Shown: one piece after another, positions 9,989-19,906 of the stretch | Layout of the letters: every line of letters starts with the position of its first letter | How positions within the stretch are numbered: the first letter of the stretch is position 1 | Origin: an uncultured Gammaproteobacteria bacterium | Lineage (GTDB): Bacteria > Pseudomonadota > Gammaproteobacteria > JACCXJ01 | Length of the DNA: 64,000 bases | Direction: 5' to 3' | Assembly: GCA_963764725.1 (NCBI GenBank) | Contig: CAVXTM010000018.1 | Span: 448,001-512,000, forward strand | The notes under the pieces: generated by a model | The model's input: the letters and a program-made list of their open reading frames with translations, nothing else | Databases searched by the model: none | What the model was told of the DNA's origin: nothing | Translations under genes and position numbers: made by a program

Positions 9989-11359
9989 GTGAACGTTCTA
10001 GCAAAACGCACTACTAGAAAGCAGTCCGGCTTTGCCCTTATCGCAGTCCTCCTCGTTCTTGTAACCGGGGCTTCATTTGTTTTGCTTAGAGGACTAAACG
10101 CGGTGGCGACTCAATCATACCGCGACGAGCAGACGACGCGCGCGCTGGCGGAAGCGAAAGCGGCGTTGATCGGGTATGCCCTGACGTATTCGGAACAACA
10201 TCCAGGGCAGCCCCAAGGGTTTCTGCCGTGCCCAGACACAGACGGTAACGGCATGCCCAACCCCCCGTGCGGAACAAGCTCACAAAGTTTTATAGGCCGT
10301 CTGCCATGGCAGATCTTGGGAATACCCCCTTTACGCGACGGCACTGGGGACTGTCTTTGGTACGCTGTATCCGGAAACTATAAGAATAATCCCAAAATAT
10401 CCCTCACTAGCGATACCGATGGACAGTTTATCGTGCGAGACGGCAGTGGCAATGTAATAGTCGGAGCGGTGCCCGAGACTCAAGCAATCGCGATCATATT
10501 TGCGCCTGGCGCGGTATTAGGCGTCCAAGACCGCAGTACAAGCGCCCCAAACGAATGCGGGAGCGCGAATTTAGGCGCGTCCGTCAACAAACCAGAAAAT
10601 TATCTAGATTCTCTCGGCGGCATCAATAATGCTGCAGGCAATCCAGCCCTCCCAACTGCCGCACCTTCGGCGTTCGTCTCACCGCCTGGCATGATTGCCG
10701 ACTTCAACGACAAGATGCTTGCAATTACCCCGCAGGATTTCGATCTGGTCTACGCACGCATGGACCGCTGGGTGGCAGATCGAGCGCAGCAGTGCCTTGC
10801 CGCATACGGGATCACTCATTCCTGGGCAGCGGCCTTAGACCAACCGGCAACAAGCCCGCCCGATTTGACTGCGGATAACAACGAACGGTTTGGCCGGATA
10901 CCCAACGCACCCAGCCCCAGTCCGCCTCTGCCAGGATGGAACAGTGATCCAGACATCAATGTTGGTGGAATTTGCTTTGCGGATGTGGGTGGCTTTACAG
11001 GACCGGGTTGGTGGTGGTGGGACACTTGGCGCGAGATGGTGTTCTACTCCGTCAACGCGGCTTCGTCTCCAGGTGGCGGCACACCCGCGTTGCAGCTAAC
11101 GGGCGCTACTCCACCCAACTCCCAGTTTGTTATTGCTGTCGGCGGCCGAAAACTAGCGGGCCAACAACGAAGCAACGCAGCTCAGAAAGCAGATATTGCG
11201 AATTATCTAGAAGACCACGACGATCCAAACTTCGCCACGGGTACGCCCCCAGGTCCTGCTGGCAATATCCCAACAGGCGACGAACAATTTGTGACCACAC
11301 CCACTGTCGTAGGCACGGCATTCAACGACGTCGTATGCAATAACACGGGTTGTCCTTAA
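9989..11359 (+). CDS. Large minor pilin/pseudopilin lacking Glu5 (PilX/GspK-like tip protein)
   Basis: Class III signal KQSG|FALIAVLLV, AL..AK.ALIGYA helix, LPCPD and GRLPW..LG motifs, Cys-terminated C-domain. Confidence 0.7.
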   Translation: MNVLAKRTTRKQSGFALIAVLLVLVTGASFVLLRGLNAVATQSYRDEQTTRALAEAKAALIGYALTYSEQHPGQPQGFLPCPDTDGNGMPNPPCGTSSQSFIGRLPWQILGIPPLRDGTGDCLWYAVSGNYKNNPKISLTSDTDGQFIVRDGSGNVIVGAVPETQAIAIIFAPGAVLGVQDRSTSAPNECGSANLGASVNKPENYLDSLGGINNAAGNPALPTAAPSAFVSPPGMIADFNDKMLAITPQDFDLVYARMDRWVADRAQQCLAAYGITHSWAAALDQPATSPPDLTADNNERFGRIPNAPSPSPPLPGWNSDPDINVGGICFADVGGFTGPGWWWWDTWREMVFYSVNAASSPGGGTPALQLTGATPPNSQFVIAVGGRKLAGQQRSNAAQKADIANYLEDHDDPNFATGTPPGPAGNIPTGDEQFVTTPTVVGTAFNDVVCNNTGCP

Positions 11360-11445
11360 ATGACGTTCAAAAGACTAAATAGCGTGCGAAACAACTTAGG
11401 GTTTTCGCTATTACTTGCCGCACAGGGACAAAGAGAACCTCTTGA

Positions 11446-12213
11446 ATGAAACGCCTTACGGAGGGCGGATTCACTCTAATTGAAATTGCAATCGCGGTAG
11501 TCGTGATCGCACTGTTACTGGGCAGTTTACTCGGGCCGTTGTCGGTGCGGGTAGAACAACAGGAGCGTCAAAAGACACAAGCGTTACTAGAAGAGATCAA
11601 AGAAGCTCTGTACGGCTACGCGGCGACTACTGGTACATTACCTTGTCCCGATACGGATGGAGCCGGACTGCCAAACGGCTCACCGCCGACGACATCGTGT
11701 ACGGGATACGAAGGTGGTCTTCCCTGGCAGACCTTAGGCGTCGAGCGCGGGGATGCTTGGGGATATCGTTTTAGGTACCGAGTGACACCCGAATTTACCG
11801 CTCCTAATATCGCTACATGCGATGATGATGGTGACGGTAATCCAAACAATCCCGATTTTAATTTCGATCTCTGCGACGACGGAGATATCACGGTAAGAAC
11901 GCGCGATAACGACAAAGACCCCGTGGACCTTGTGACGAAAGCGCCAGCAGTCATACTCTCACACGGGAAAAACGGTCTAGGAGCAACCCGGATCGATGGT
12001 GTGGCTATGCCCCCTACGGCAGGAGGTACCGACGAGGAGGTGAACGCTGATCCTACAGATCCTAATTTTATCACTCGGACGTACTCCTTTCCGGGTACCA
12101 ATTGTAGTGACACGGATCCGGCGCTCGCTTATTGCGAATTCGATGATCTCGTCGTCTGGATATCACCGAATGTTTTAAAGAACAGAATGATAGCAGCGGG
12201 TCGTCTACCGTAG
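11446..12213 (+). CDS. Prepilin-type N-terminal cleavage/methylation protein (minor pilin)
   Basis: EGG|FTLIEIAI with Glu5, LPCPD, GGLPW.TLG, DAWG, FDDLVVWIS..L..RM.AAGRLP. Confidence 0.85.
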   Translation: MKRLTEGGFTLIEIAIAVVVIALLLGSLLGPLSVRVEQQERQKTQALLEEIKEALYGYAATTGTLPCPDTDGAGLPNGSPPTTSCTGYEGGLPWQTLGVERGDAWGYRFRYRVTPEFTAPNIATCDDDGDGNPNNPDFNFDLCDDGDITVRTRDNDKDPVDLVTKAPAVILSHGKNGLGATRIDGVAMPPTAGGTDEEVNADPTDPNFITRTYSFPGTNCSDTDPALAYCEFDDLVVWISPNVLKNRMIAAGRLP

Positions 12214-12963
12214 GTTGTTATTTCTCTGTTTGACCCACATCCACAATCCCGTGATCACCAGCGCCAAGAACAGCAACGCCGCGCCGTTGACCACGTAGAC
12301 GCCCCATTGGCCCACGATACGCCCACTATGCAGGTCGAGGATCACGCGTTCCAGCGGCAGACCGCTGCCGCGATAGGCCTGCATTAGCTTTTCCTCGAGC
12401 TCGGGTGGCAGTGGGAGCGACGTTGCCCAATCCACGTCTGCTGTCGTGGATTTCCGCCAATCGAGCTTTTCCAAGTCGGCCAGGTAATCGCCGTGAGCCG
12501 CACGAATAACCAGTTGCCCCGAAGGTGTGAGGCCGATCCGTTTCATGCCCGCGGGGACGCCGTCGGCACTGCCGATGCGCTCGATCAATTCCCCCGTTGG
12601 GCTGACAATCAAGAGCTTTCCGGGGATGGCGATGAGCAAGGTATCGCCGATTTTCAGTCCCCCAATCAGCCGTTCCGCGCGTTCGGCCAATTCTTTCGTA
12701 TCGAGGTAGAGGCGATCACCTAGGCTACTGACAAAATGGTCACCGGCGGAAAAGGCGACTGGCGGTTCCGGTGCGGAGATGCGGTAGAGATCAAGCAGCC
12801 ATGGCGTCTCGACAAACCGCTTGCCGAGCCCCAGCGCGCCGGTGTGGTTTAGCAGCAGGCCGGTCGTGATGAGGAAGACGAAAAAGACGGCCCCGGTCAT
12901 ACCCACGCGCCGATGCCATTGCTGTAAGGACGCTCGCGATGAGTTATTCCCCTTCCATTTCAT
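12205..12963 (-). CDS. PepSY-associated TM helix protein (putative ferric-reductase-like membrane protein)
   Basis: WHRRVG, TGLLLNH and LDLHSGR His motifs flanking a periplasmic domain. Confidence 0.8.
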   Translation of the reverse strand: MKWKGNNSSRASLQQWHRRVGMTGAVFFVFLITTGLLLNHTGALGLGKRFVETPWLLDLYRISAPEPPVAFSAGDHFVSSLGDRLYLDTKELAERAERLIGGLKIGDTLLIAIPGKLLIVSPTGELIERIGSADGVPAGMKRIGLTPSGQLVIRAAHGDYLADLEKLDWRKSTTADVDWATSLPLPPELEEKLMQAYRGSGLPLERVILDLHSGRIVGQWGVYVVNGAALLFLALVITGLWMWVKQRNNNLR

Positions 12964-13532
12964 TGCGTCCTCGGCGCGCCAGGCAGGGCCGGAATTATTT
13001 TTTTGCCATCGGCGAAATCGCTGTGGGCGTGCAGAAACAAGGCGAGGCGCGCGAGCTTGGTCAACGCACGTACCGAAAGCGTGGCGCCCGAGATCCCGTC
13101 GATATCGCGATCCAGTTGCTGTCCTGTTGCCAAGGTCGCGCCGGTGAATTGGTCGGTGAAGAACGGATAGCGCACTTCCCAGCCCCGGCTTTCCCGAAAC
13201 ACTAAGACCTTGATCCGCTCGATCGTGCCGCGATCGACCACGATGCCGGTCGTGATCGGCCGTTCCTTACCGATTTCGTCGAGGATCCAGGCGGTCCTCC
13301 CGTCCTTGCCCCAATAGCGAAGGCGCAAGACATCAAGATCATGTTCCAGAATCGCGCGGATACTTGGCTTGAGTTTCTCATCGATCCAGAGCTTGGAGGG
13401 CTCGGGTGGAGCGCCGGCAAAGGCCTCGCGCAGGAAATCCTCCGACGTTTGATAGATACCCTCCGCAGCGGAGTGGGCCGAGAGTGCGATCGTCGCGAGC
13501 GCTAGGAAGGTTAACGGGCGTGGGAACGGCAT
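12960..13532 (-). CDS. Exported FMN-binding domain protein
   Basis: Signal peptide, EIGKERPIT, FRESRGWEV, flavinylation-type motif IDGISGATLS. Confidence 0.85.
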   Translation of the reverse strand: MPFPRPLTFLALATIALSAHSAAEGIYQTSEDFLREAFAGAPPEPSKLWIDEKLKPSIRAILEHDLDVLRLRYWGKDGRTAWILDEIGKERPITTGIVVDRGTIERIKVLVFRESRGWEVRYPFFTDQFTGATLATGQQLDRDIDGISGATLSVRALTKLARLALFLHAHSDFADGKKIIPALPGAPRTQ

Positions 13533-13593
13533 GTCCTGTTACGACACCGATGCGATAATAAACAAACGAAGACATTCGGAATATCGCTTGCGG

Positions 13594-14889
13594 TTAAAAT
13601 TGATAGCCCACGCCCAAGTTAAAGCCGTCGTTGTCGTTCGCATCGTCCTCACCAAATTGCTCTTGAACGTCGAACTTGAAGACGATGTCGGGATGCGGCC
13701 AGTAGTTGAATCCGGCATTGACTTGCTCTTTTTCCGTGTCGAGATCCGCGCCCGCGTTATTATTCCATTGGTTATAGCGCGCGAATATGCCAAGCTCGCC
13801 CGGAAGCCACCCTGGCAGATCAAATCGATACGAGGGTTCGATGTACCAACCCCATTGTTCGTCGCGCCCGGGGGAAGGCCCGCTTGCCGGTCCCAGGCCC
13901 GTGGGGCCGTCGTCGAGGTTCCAGCCCGCCGCAAGCGCGCGCAAGCCCCAACCGCCTTTACGAAAATCGACGTGTCCCTCGAAGAGCGTGGCATCGATGC
14001 CCAACGCACCTTGCGTGAGGTCGGACTGATATTGTCCCGTAAACCCAAGCTCAAGGCCAGGATAACCGGTATAGCGAATGCGGCCGGTCACGGCCCCGTC
14101 ATCCGCGGGGGCCTCCGAGACCTTCTGACGGCCCGCACGGATGAGAAATGCGTCAGATCCGGTCGTGGGTGTATCGAGACCCGAGCTCAACATCAGATCA
14201 TAATTCCATCCCGGCGCGATCTCACCCATCGCCTCCAGGCCCGCCTCCCACCAGGTCGTCGGAATGATATTGGTTTCGACGGGATTGCGCTCTACGCCAA
14301 AAAAAGTCGGAGGCTCATGGGTGAGGTTTAATATACCCACTGGAATAAGGTCCAACCCCGCGCGCACCCGCTGGGAGTCGAACACGTCGAATTCAAGCCA
14401 AGCCTGTTCTAACTCGACTTCGCCGTTCTGGCCCTCGCCGCTGACCGCGTGCTCCAGTTCCACTTCAGAGAAAAATCGGAAGCGGTCCGTGAAATCATGG
14501 CCGAAGTAGAGCACGAACCGATGAAAATCGACTTCATCTGTCTCCGTCCCGGTGAAATCATTGTCGAGATTGTTGTAATGCAATTCACCGTAGCCCCCGA
14601 CTCTGGTTCTATCCGCCCATGACGCAGCGGCTGGGTTGGTTTCGATCGCGTCCGCCGTGGCCTCGACTTTTTGCTCGGCACTCTTGACCTTTTTTTGCGT
14701 TACCCGCACGCTTTCCTGAGTCAATTCAAGCTTCGTCTTCAACTCTTCAATGGTCTTCTGTTGTTGCTGGATGATTTTCCACATCTCCTCCGGGCTTGGG
14801 GCGGCGTGAACGTAACCCGACGCAAGCCCCAATACGGTTCCTAAAACCTGCGCCGATCGAGTAAAGCTTAGCCAAGAGGAACGTTTCAT
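13594..14889 (-). CDS. Outer-membrane porin (OprO/P-like) with N-terminal coiled coil
   Basis: Signal peptide, coiled coil, GGYGELHYNNL, DFHRFVLYFGH, FFSEVELEH, terminal GVGYQF. Confidence 0.85.
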   Translation of the reverse strand: MKRSSWLSFTRSAQVLGTVLGLASGYVHAAPSPEEMWKIIQQQQKTIEELKTKLELTQESVRVTQKKVKSAEQKVEATADAIETNPAAASWADRTRVGGYGELHYNNLDNDFTGTETDEVDFHRFVLYFGHDFTDRFRFFSEVELEHAVSGEGQNGEVELEQAWLEFDVFDSQRVRAGLDLIPVGILNLTHEPPTFFGVERNPVETNIIPTTWWEAGLEAMGEIAPGWNYDLMLSSGLDTPTTGSDAFLIRAGRQKVSEAPADDGAVTGRIRYTGYPGLELGFTGQYQSDLTQGALGIDATLFEGHVDFRKGGWGLRALAAGWNLDDGPTGLGPASGPSPGRDEQWGWYIEPSYRFDLPGWLPGELGIFARYNQWNNNAGADLDTEKEQVNAGFNYWPHPDIVFKFDVQEQFGEDDANDNDGFNLGVGYQF

Positions 14890-14912
14890 TTCGCTTCTCC
14901 ATTAACCTAAAT

Positions 14913-14931
14913 CATAATGATAATACGACGC
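14913..14931 (-). promoter_or_regulatory. Putative Fur box upstream of porin
   Basis: CATAATGATAATACGACGC, 12/19 match to GATAATGATAATCATTATC with an intact ATAATGATAAT half. Confidence 0.5.
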
Positions 14932-14960
14932 ATTCAACATCAAAAAACATAAAACCTAAC

Positions 14961-15245
14961 CTACTGCATCAGCTCTCGCATTCTAGCCAGATCCATCGCC
15001 ACCGGCAGTAACCTCGTCCCCCCTGGACCCTGCACGGTCCCCTGATTGACAGCTATCAAGCTACCTTCTTGGAGAGACGAACCAAGCTCCCGACTCTTGA
15101 GGTACTCTTCCGCGTAATCCACGCAGCAGCCGCAACTCGTACCAAGATGCAGCTTATCACTAAGCTGCCTCACCGAATTCACGCCATTTTGGATGGCGCG
15201 CTCAATGTCTTGATCCTTGACCCCGTGACAAATACAAACAAGCAT
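14961..15245 (-). CDS. bfd: Bacterioferritin-associated ferredoxin
   Basis: MLVCICHGV..I and GTSCGCC [2Fe-2S] motifs; adjacent to bfr. Confidence 0.9.
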   Translation of the reverse strand: MLVCICHGVKDQDIERAIQNGVNSVRQLSDKLHLGTSCGCCVDYAEEYLKSRELGSSLQEGSLIAVNQGTVQGPGGTRLLPVAMDLARMRELMQ

Positions 15246-15286
15246 TCTCGCTTCCTCTTCAATTCAAGGCTGATGCTAATGCTATT

Positions 15287-15305
15287 ATAAATGAGAAGCA
15301 TTCGC
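15287..15305 (-). promoter_or_regulatory. Putative Fur box upstream of bfd
   Basis: ATAAATGAGAAGCATTCGC, 12/19 to consensus with AATGA.AA.CATT core. Confidence 0.6.
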
Positions 15306-15351
15306 AACCACTTTGCGACAGCAGTTTAAACGACCTTCTCTACTACCTACC

Positions 15352-15816
15352 CTAGCGCATCGATAATAGATAGTTTTCGATCCCCAGTTTCTCAATCAAT
15401 TCGAGCTGGGTTTCCAACCAATCTACGTGCTCTTCTTCTCCACGCAGTATCTCTTCCAAAAGCGATCTGGACACGAAATCCCGGCTTGATTCACACCACG
15501 CAATCGCCTCCCGCAGCAGGGTCATCGCGTTGTTCTCGAGTTTAAGGTCACAGGTCAGCATTTCTGTCACGTTCTCCCCGAGCATAAGTTTTCCTAGGTC
15601 CTGGAGGTTCGGCAGTCCGTCCAACAACAGGATCCGTTCGATCAAATGATCCGCATGTTTCATCTCGTCCAGGGATTCACGAAACTCGTACTCGTTGAGC
15701 TTGTGCAATCCCCAATTCTTGAACATGCGTGCATGCACAAAATACTGGTTGATCGAAGTAAGCTCGTTCTGCAAGACCTTATTGAGATAATCGATCAGTT
15801 TGCCGTCGCCTTTCAT
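15352..15816 (-). CDS. bfr: Bacterioferritin
   Basis: MKGD start after [48 protein letters not shown]. Confidence 0.95.
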   Translation of the reverse strand: MKGDGKLIDYLNKVLQNELTSINQYFVHARMFKNWGLHKLNEYEFRESLDEMKHADHLIERILLLDGLPNLQDLGKLMLGENVTEMLTCDLKLENNAMTLLREAIAWCESSRDFVSRSLLEEILRGEEEHVDWLETQLELIEKLGIENYLLSMR

Positions 15817-16040
15817 CGGTGTCCTCACTTCGCAGGAACGGTTGCTACCGTCATTCATACACTATACTGAGCCCATCTCTCTGCATGTCAATGCCGCTCG
15901 GCCCTTGAGCCCATCGCAGGGGCGTGTCACTTTTTGAACCTATGATAGAGTTGCCATCAAAAAACGTCGGGCCGTTGCATCGGCGCCCGACATGCGATTA
16001 ATAACATTCAGCCGCAAGATCGCGAACGACTCGGAAACGA

Positions 16041-18080
16041 ATGGAAAATCCCTTACTGACCGAGGCGGGTTTACCGCCGTTCCAACACATCGAGGTCGGT
16101 CACGTGGAACCGGCCATCGATACCGTGCTCGCCGAAAATCGGACGGCCTTGGCATCGCTGCTAGAAAACGCGGCAACACCGAGCTGGGAACTAACGCTGC
16201 GGCCGGTAGAAGACTTACAGGACCGGTTAAGCCGTGCCTGGGCGCCGGTGCGGCATCTGCATGCGGTGGCCGACAACGATGAACTGCGTGCAGCTTTCAG
16301 CAATTGTCTGCCCAAGCTCAGCGACTACGCCACCGAGCTCGGCCAGAACGAAGGGCTTTATAACGCCTATAGAAGCGTGCGGATCAGCCGGGACTTTCCG
16401 CGGTTGCCTCGGGCCGAGCGCAAGATTATTGAGAATGCCTTACGCGATTTTAAGCTCTCGGGCGTGGAACTGAATGGCAAAAAGAAGGAGCGTTTCAAGG
16501 TCATCAAACAACGGCTAGCCGAGCTCGATGCGCGTTTTGAAGAGCATTTACTCGATGCGACCCACGGCTGGAAGAAACACCTCATCGATTCTGCCGCGCT
16601 CCAAGGGCTGCCGCCATCGGCGCGTGATCTTGCCCAGCAACGAGCGGCGCGCGAGGGTCTTTCGGGATGGCTGCTGACGCTCGAACTCCCGCTTTACCTG
16701 CCCATATTGACTTTCGCGGACGATTGCGACTTACGCCGCGAAGTCTACTTAGCTTACGTGACGCGCGCATCCGACCAGGGGCCCTTTGCCGGGCGCTGGG
16801 ACAACTCGGAAATTATGGTAGAGATCCTGAACCTGCGCGCGGAGCTGGCGCGGCTGCTCGGCTATCAACATTATGCGGAGCTGGCGCTGGTTCCGAGAAT
16901 GGCCAAAAGCGCCGGCGAGGTGCTGGGCTTTCTAGAGGATCTCGGCGCGCGCGCACGGCCCGTGGCCGAGCGCGAGTTGGCGGAGCTTCAAGACTTCGCC
17001 AAGACGCACTATGGCCGCGATGATTTGCATGCCTGGGACGTCGCCTACTATTCCGAAAAACTGAAGCAGCAGCGCTTTTCGCTTTCGCAAGAAGATCTTA
17101 GGCCCTATTTCCCAGCGCCGCAGGTAGTGAACGGGTTGTTCGCGATAGTCCGGGGCATTTACGGTCTAAACATCCGGGCGCGCGCCGATGTCGAGACTTG
17201 GCATTCCGACGTAAGTTTCTTCGAGGTCTACGACCGCGGCGGCTCGTTGCGCGGGGGGTTTTACCTCGACCTCTATGCGCGCCCGCACAAACGCGGTGGG
17301 GCCTGGATGGACGAATGCATCGTACGCAAGCGCTCGCCGGCGGGCGTACAGATCCCGGTAGCATTCCTGACGTGTAACTTCGCTCCGCCGATCGGCGAGC
17401 ACCCGGCTTTGCTAACCCATGACGACGTGAATACCCTGTTCCACGAGTTCGGGCATGGACTGCACCACCTGCTGACCTTGGTCGATTATCCAAGTGTCGC
17501 CGGGGTCAACGGCGTACCGTGGGACGCCGTCGAGTTGCCGAGTCAACTCATGGAAAACTGGTGTTGGGAACCGCAAGCACTGGATCTCATCAGCGGCCAC
17601 TATGAGACGGGTGCGCCCATCGATGCAGCGCTCTACAAGCGTATGCACGCGGCGAAAACCTTCCAAGCGGGTATGCAAATGGTGCGTCAGCTCGAATTCG
17701 CCTTGTTCGATTTCCGCCTGCACCTGACGCCGGGCCCTTACAGCGCATCCCTGATCCAAGCAGTCTTGGACCGCGTGCGCGCGGAAATTGCCGTCGTTAA
17801 GCCGCCGCTTTTTAACCGTTTTCAGCACGGATTCTCTCATATCTTCTCCGGCGGCTATGCGGCAGGTTATTACAGCTACAAATGGGCGGAGGTGCTAGCC
17901 GCGGACGCTTTCTCGAAATTTCAGGAAAGCGGTGTCTTCGATGCCGGGACCGGGGAAGGATTCATGCAGACATTCCTAGAGCAAGGCGGAATCCGCGAGC
18001 CCATGGAAATGTTCGTCCAGTTTCGCGGGCGCGAACCTCAGATCGCTCCGCTCCTACGCCGCTGGGGCCTGGCGGCGTAA
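16041..18080 (+). CDS. prlC: Oligopeptidase A (M3 family)
   Basis: NPLL start, KRGGAWMD, TLFHEFGHGLH zinc motif, WDAVELPSQ, GYAAGYYSYKWAEVL. Confidence 0.95.
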   Translation: MENPLLTEAGLPPFQHIEVGHVEPAIDTVLAENRTALASLLENAATPSWELTLRPVEDLQDRLSRAWAPVRHLHAVADNDELRAAFSNCLPKLSDYATELGQNEGLYNAYRSVRISRDFPRLPRAERKIIENALRDFKLSGVELNGKKKERFKVIKQRLAELDARFEEHLLDATHGWKKHLIDSAALQGLPPSARDLAQQRAAREGLSGWLLTLELPLYLPILTFADDCDLRREVYLAYVTRASDQGPFAGRWDNSEIMVEILNLRAELARLLGYQHYAELALVPRMAKSAGEVLGFLEDLGARARPVAERELAELQDFAKTHYGRDDLHAWDVAYYSEKLKQQRFSLSQEDLRPYFPAPQVVNGLFAIVRGIYGLNIRARADVETWHSDVSFFEVYDRGGSLRGGFYLDLYARPHKRGGAWMDECIVRKRSPAGVQIPVAFLTCNFAPPIGEHPALLTHDDVNTLFHEFGHGLHHLLTLVDYPSVAGVNGVPWDAVELPSQLMENWCWEPQALDLISGHYETGAPIDAALYKRMHAAKTFQAGMQMVRQLEFALFDFRLHLTPGPYSASLIQAVLDRVRAEIAVVKPPLFNRFQHGFSHIFSGGYAAGYYSYKWAEVLAADAFSKFQESGVFDAGTGEGFMQTFLEQGGIREPMEMFVQFRGREPQIAPLLRRWGLAA

Positions 18081-18095
18081 CCTGATTGAGTAGCT

Positions 18096-18794
18096 ATGCG
18101 ACGCCTGCGCGCAACATCCCTAGCGATCGTGCTTACCCTGGAATCCCCATATCTAATTGCCGAGGAGGCCTATGTTATCGATCGGCTGCTCATCGGTATC
18201 CACAAAGACAAGGATCTCGAAAGCGAGATCATCAAGGTGTTGCCCACCGGGACCAGACTGGAAGTGCTGAAGCGAGAAGCCGGCTTGGCGCAAATAAAGG
18301 GACCCGAAGGGATCACCGGATGGGTCGATGCCGTATATCTGATGCCGGAGCGTCCTGCCCGCGTGGTGGCGGACGCACTGGACAAACAAAACAAGCAATT
18401 GGACGCGGAGGTCAAGAAATTAAAAGAGCGTCTGAAGCGTCTGCGGACTGCAAGCGCGAGTCCGGGTCCGACCGCCCCGAACGCCTCGCCCGCGGAGGAG
18501 TCTGAACCGCAGGCGTCCGAAATCAAAAAATTGCAGGAACAGAATGCGGCTCTCACCCGGTCGCTTGAGGAACAACGCCTGCGGGCCGAGGAATTGCGAA
18601 CGCGATTGGCGACACTCACCGTTCCGAGCAGCGGCGCCCCTCCCCCAAGCACCGTCCCCGCAAACGAACCCTTTATCGCAAAGTTTAAGTTGCACTTGAT
18701 CTTCGCGGCCTTGGCCTTGGCCCTCGGCGCCGGATGGGGGTTTTATCTCGCGGACTACCTACAACGGCGGCGCCACGGGGGTTTCCGCATGTAG
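18096..18794 (+). CDS. SH3-domain/coiled-coil membrane protein
   Basis: LPTGTRLEVL..GWV SH3b motif, coiled coil, C-terminal TM and RRRHGGFR tail. Confidence 0.75.
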   Translation: MRRLRATSLAIVLTLESPYLIAEEAYVIDRLLIGIHKDKDLESEIIKVLPTGTRLEVLKREAGLAQIKGPEGITGWVDAVYLMPERPARVVADALDKQNKQLDAEVKKLKERLKRLRTASASPGPTAPNASPAEESEPQASEIKKLQEQNAALTRSLEEQRLRAEELRTRLATLTVPSSGAPPPSTVPANEPFIAKFKLHLIFAALALALGAGWGFYLADYLQRRRHGGFRM

Positions 18795-18811
18795 CGCGCG
18801 GGGGCTGGGCC

Positions 18812-19579
18812 GTGCTAAAGGTAGCTACCTGGAACGTCAATTCCGTCCGTATGCGCACCGAGCAAATCGTGCCATGGCTGGCCCAGGAACGCCCCGATCT
18901 GCTGGCATTACAGGAAACCAAAGTGCCGGACACCGAGTTTCCGGCCGATGTTTTTCTGACAGCTGGTTATCACGCGCTTTACGCGGGCCAGAAGAGTTAC
19001 AACGGCGTAGCGATTCTGAGCCGCGGCAGGGGTACAGAAATCGTGACGGAAGTGCCGGGACTGAACGATCCGCAACGCCGGATCCTGGCGGGTGTGTTCG
19101 ATAAAATAACGCTCGTGAACGTTTACGTTCCCAACGGCTTCGAGGTGGGATCGGAAAAATACGCTTACAAACTCGAGTGGTTGCGGCATTTCACCCTCTA
19201 CGCGGCGTCGCTGGTCCAGAGTGGGAACGACGTTATCATTCTCGGGGATTTTAATATCGCACCCGAGGACCGGGACGTCTATGATCCCGTGGCCTGGGAG
19301 GGGAATGTTCTCGTGAGCCCCCCGGAACGAGAACGCTTGCAGCGATTGTCGGCGCTCGGGCTTACGGATGTGTTTCGACTTTTTCGGCAGGATGCGGGAT
19401 TTTATTCCTGGTGGGACTATCGCGCCGGAAACTATCGGCGCAATCACGGCCTCCGCATCGACCTCATCCTGGCGAGTGAGTCACTGGCCTCGCGCTGTAT
19501 CGATTGCCGCATTGACAAAAAACTGCGCGGCCAGTCCAAGCCTTCCGACCATGCGCCGGTCATTGCCGAGTTTCGGTAG
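18812..19579 (+). CDS. xth: Exodeoxyribonuclease III
   Basis: [50 protein letters not shown]; start moved to GTG 18812. Confidence 0.95.
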   Translation: MLKVATWNVNSVRMRTEQIVPWLAQERPDLLALQETKVPDTEFPADVFLTAGYHALYAGQKSYNGVAILSRGRGTEIVTEVPGLNDPQRRILAGVFDKITLVNVYVPNGFEVGSEKYAYKLEWLRHFTLYAASLVQSGNDVIILGDFNIAPEDRDVYDPVAWEGNVLVSPPERERLQRLSALGLTDVFRLFRQDAGFYSWWDYRAGNYRRNHGLRIDLILASESLASRCIDCRIDKKLRGQSKPSDHAPVIAEFR

Positions 19580-19688
19580 TTCGCCAGCGATCCGCGCGAC
19601 TGAGGGGCCGCGCCAACCGCAAGAACCCATTGTGCTGATCACGCCTCAGTCGCTAAGATCGCGTAGTTCTTTTGATATTGATACTTTC

Positions 19689-19895
19689 ATGAAACCCGAC
19701 ATTCATCCGGCATACAGCGAGATAACCGTCACCTGCAGTTGTGGCAATAGCTTCGCCACGCGCTCGACGGTCGGTAAAGACATCCATATCGACGTGTGCT
19801 CCGCCTGTCACCCGTTCTATACCGGCAAGCAGAGGCTCGTGGATACCGCGGGGCGTGTGGATCGATTCCGGCGCAAGTATAAGTTGCACTCCTAG
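19689..19895 (+). CDS. rpmE: 50S ribosomal protein L31 (Zn-binding type)
   Basis: [33 protein letters not shown]. Confidence 0.95.
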   Translation: MKPDIHPAYSEITVTCSCGNSFATRSTVGKDIHIDVCSACHPFYTGKQRLVDTAGRVDRFRRKYKLHS

Positions 19896-19906
19896 TCTGA
19901 GGTGCG

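Noticed and set aside
13531-14331. 266-aa ORF opposite the porin, and similar long antisense ORFs (453-1397, 30995-31762, 38123-39112, 52017-52820)
   Set aside because: Overlap well-supported genes on the other strand; typical GC-rich shadow ORFs.
15861-15891. sigma70 promoter for bfr (TTGACA...TATAGT, minus strand)
   Set aside because: The 19-bp spacer is suboptimal; plausible but not supported enough to list.
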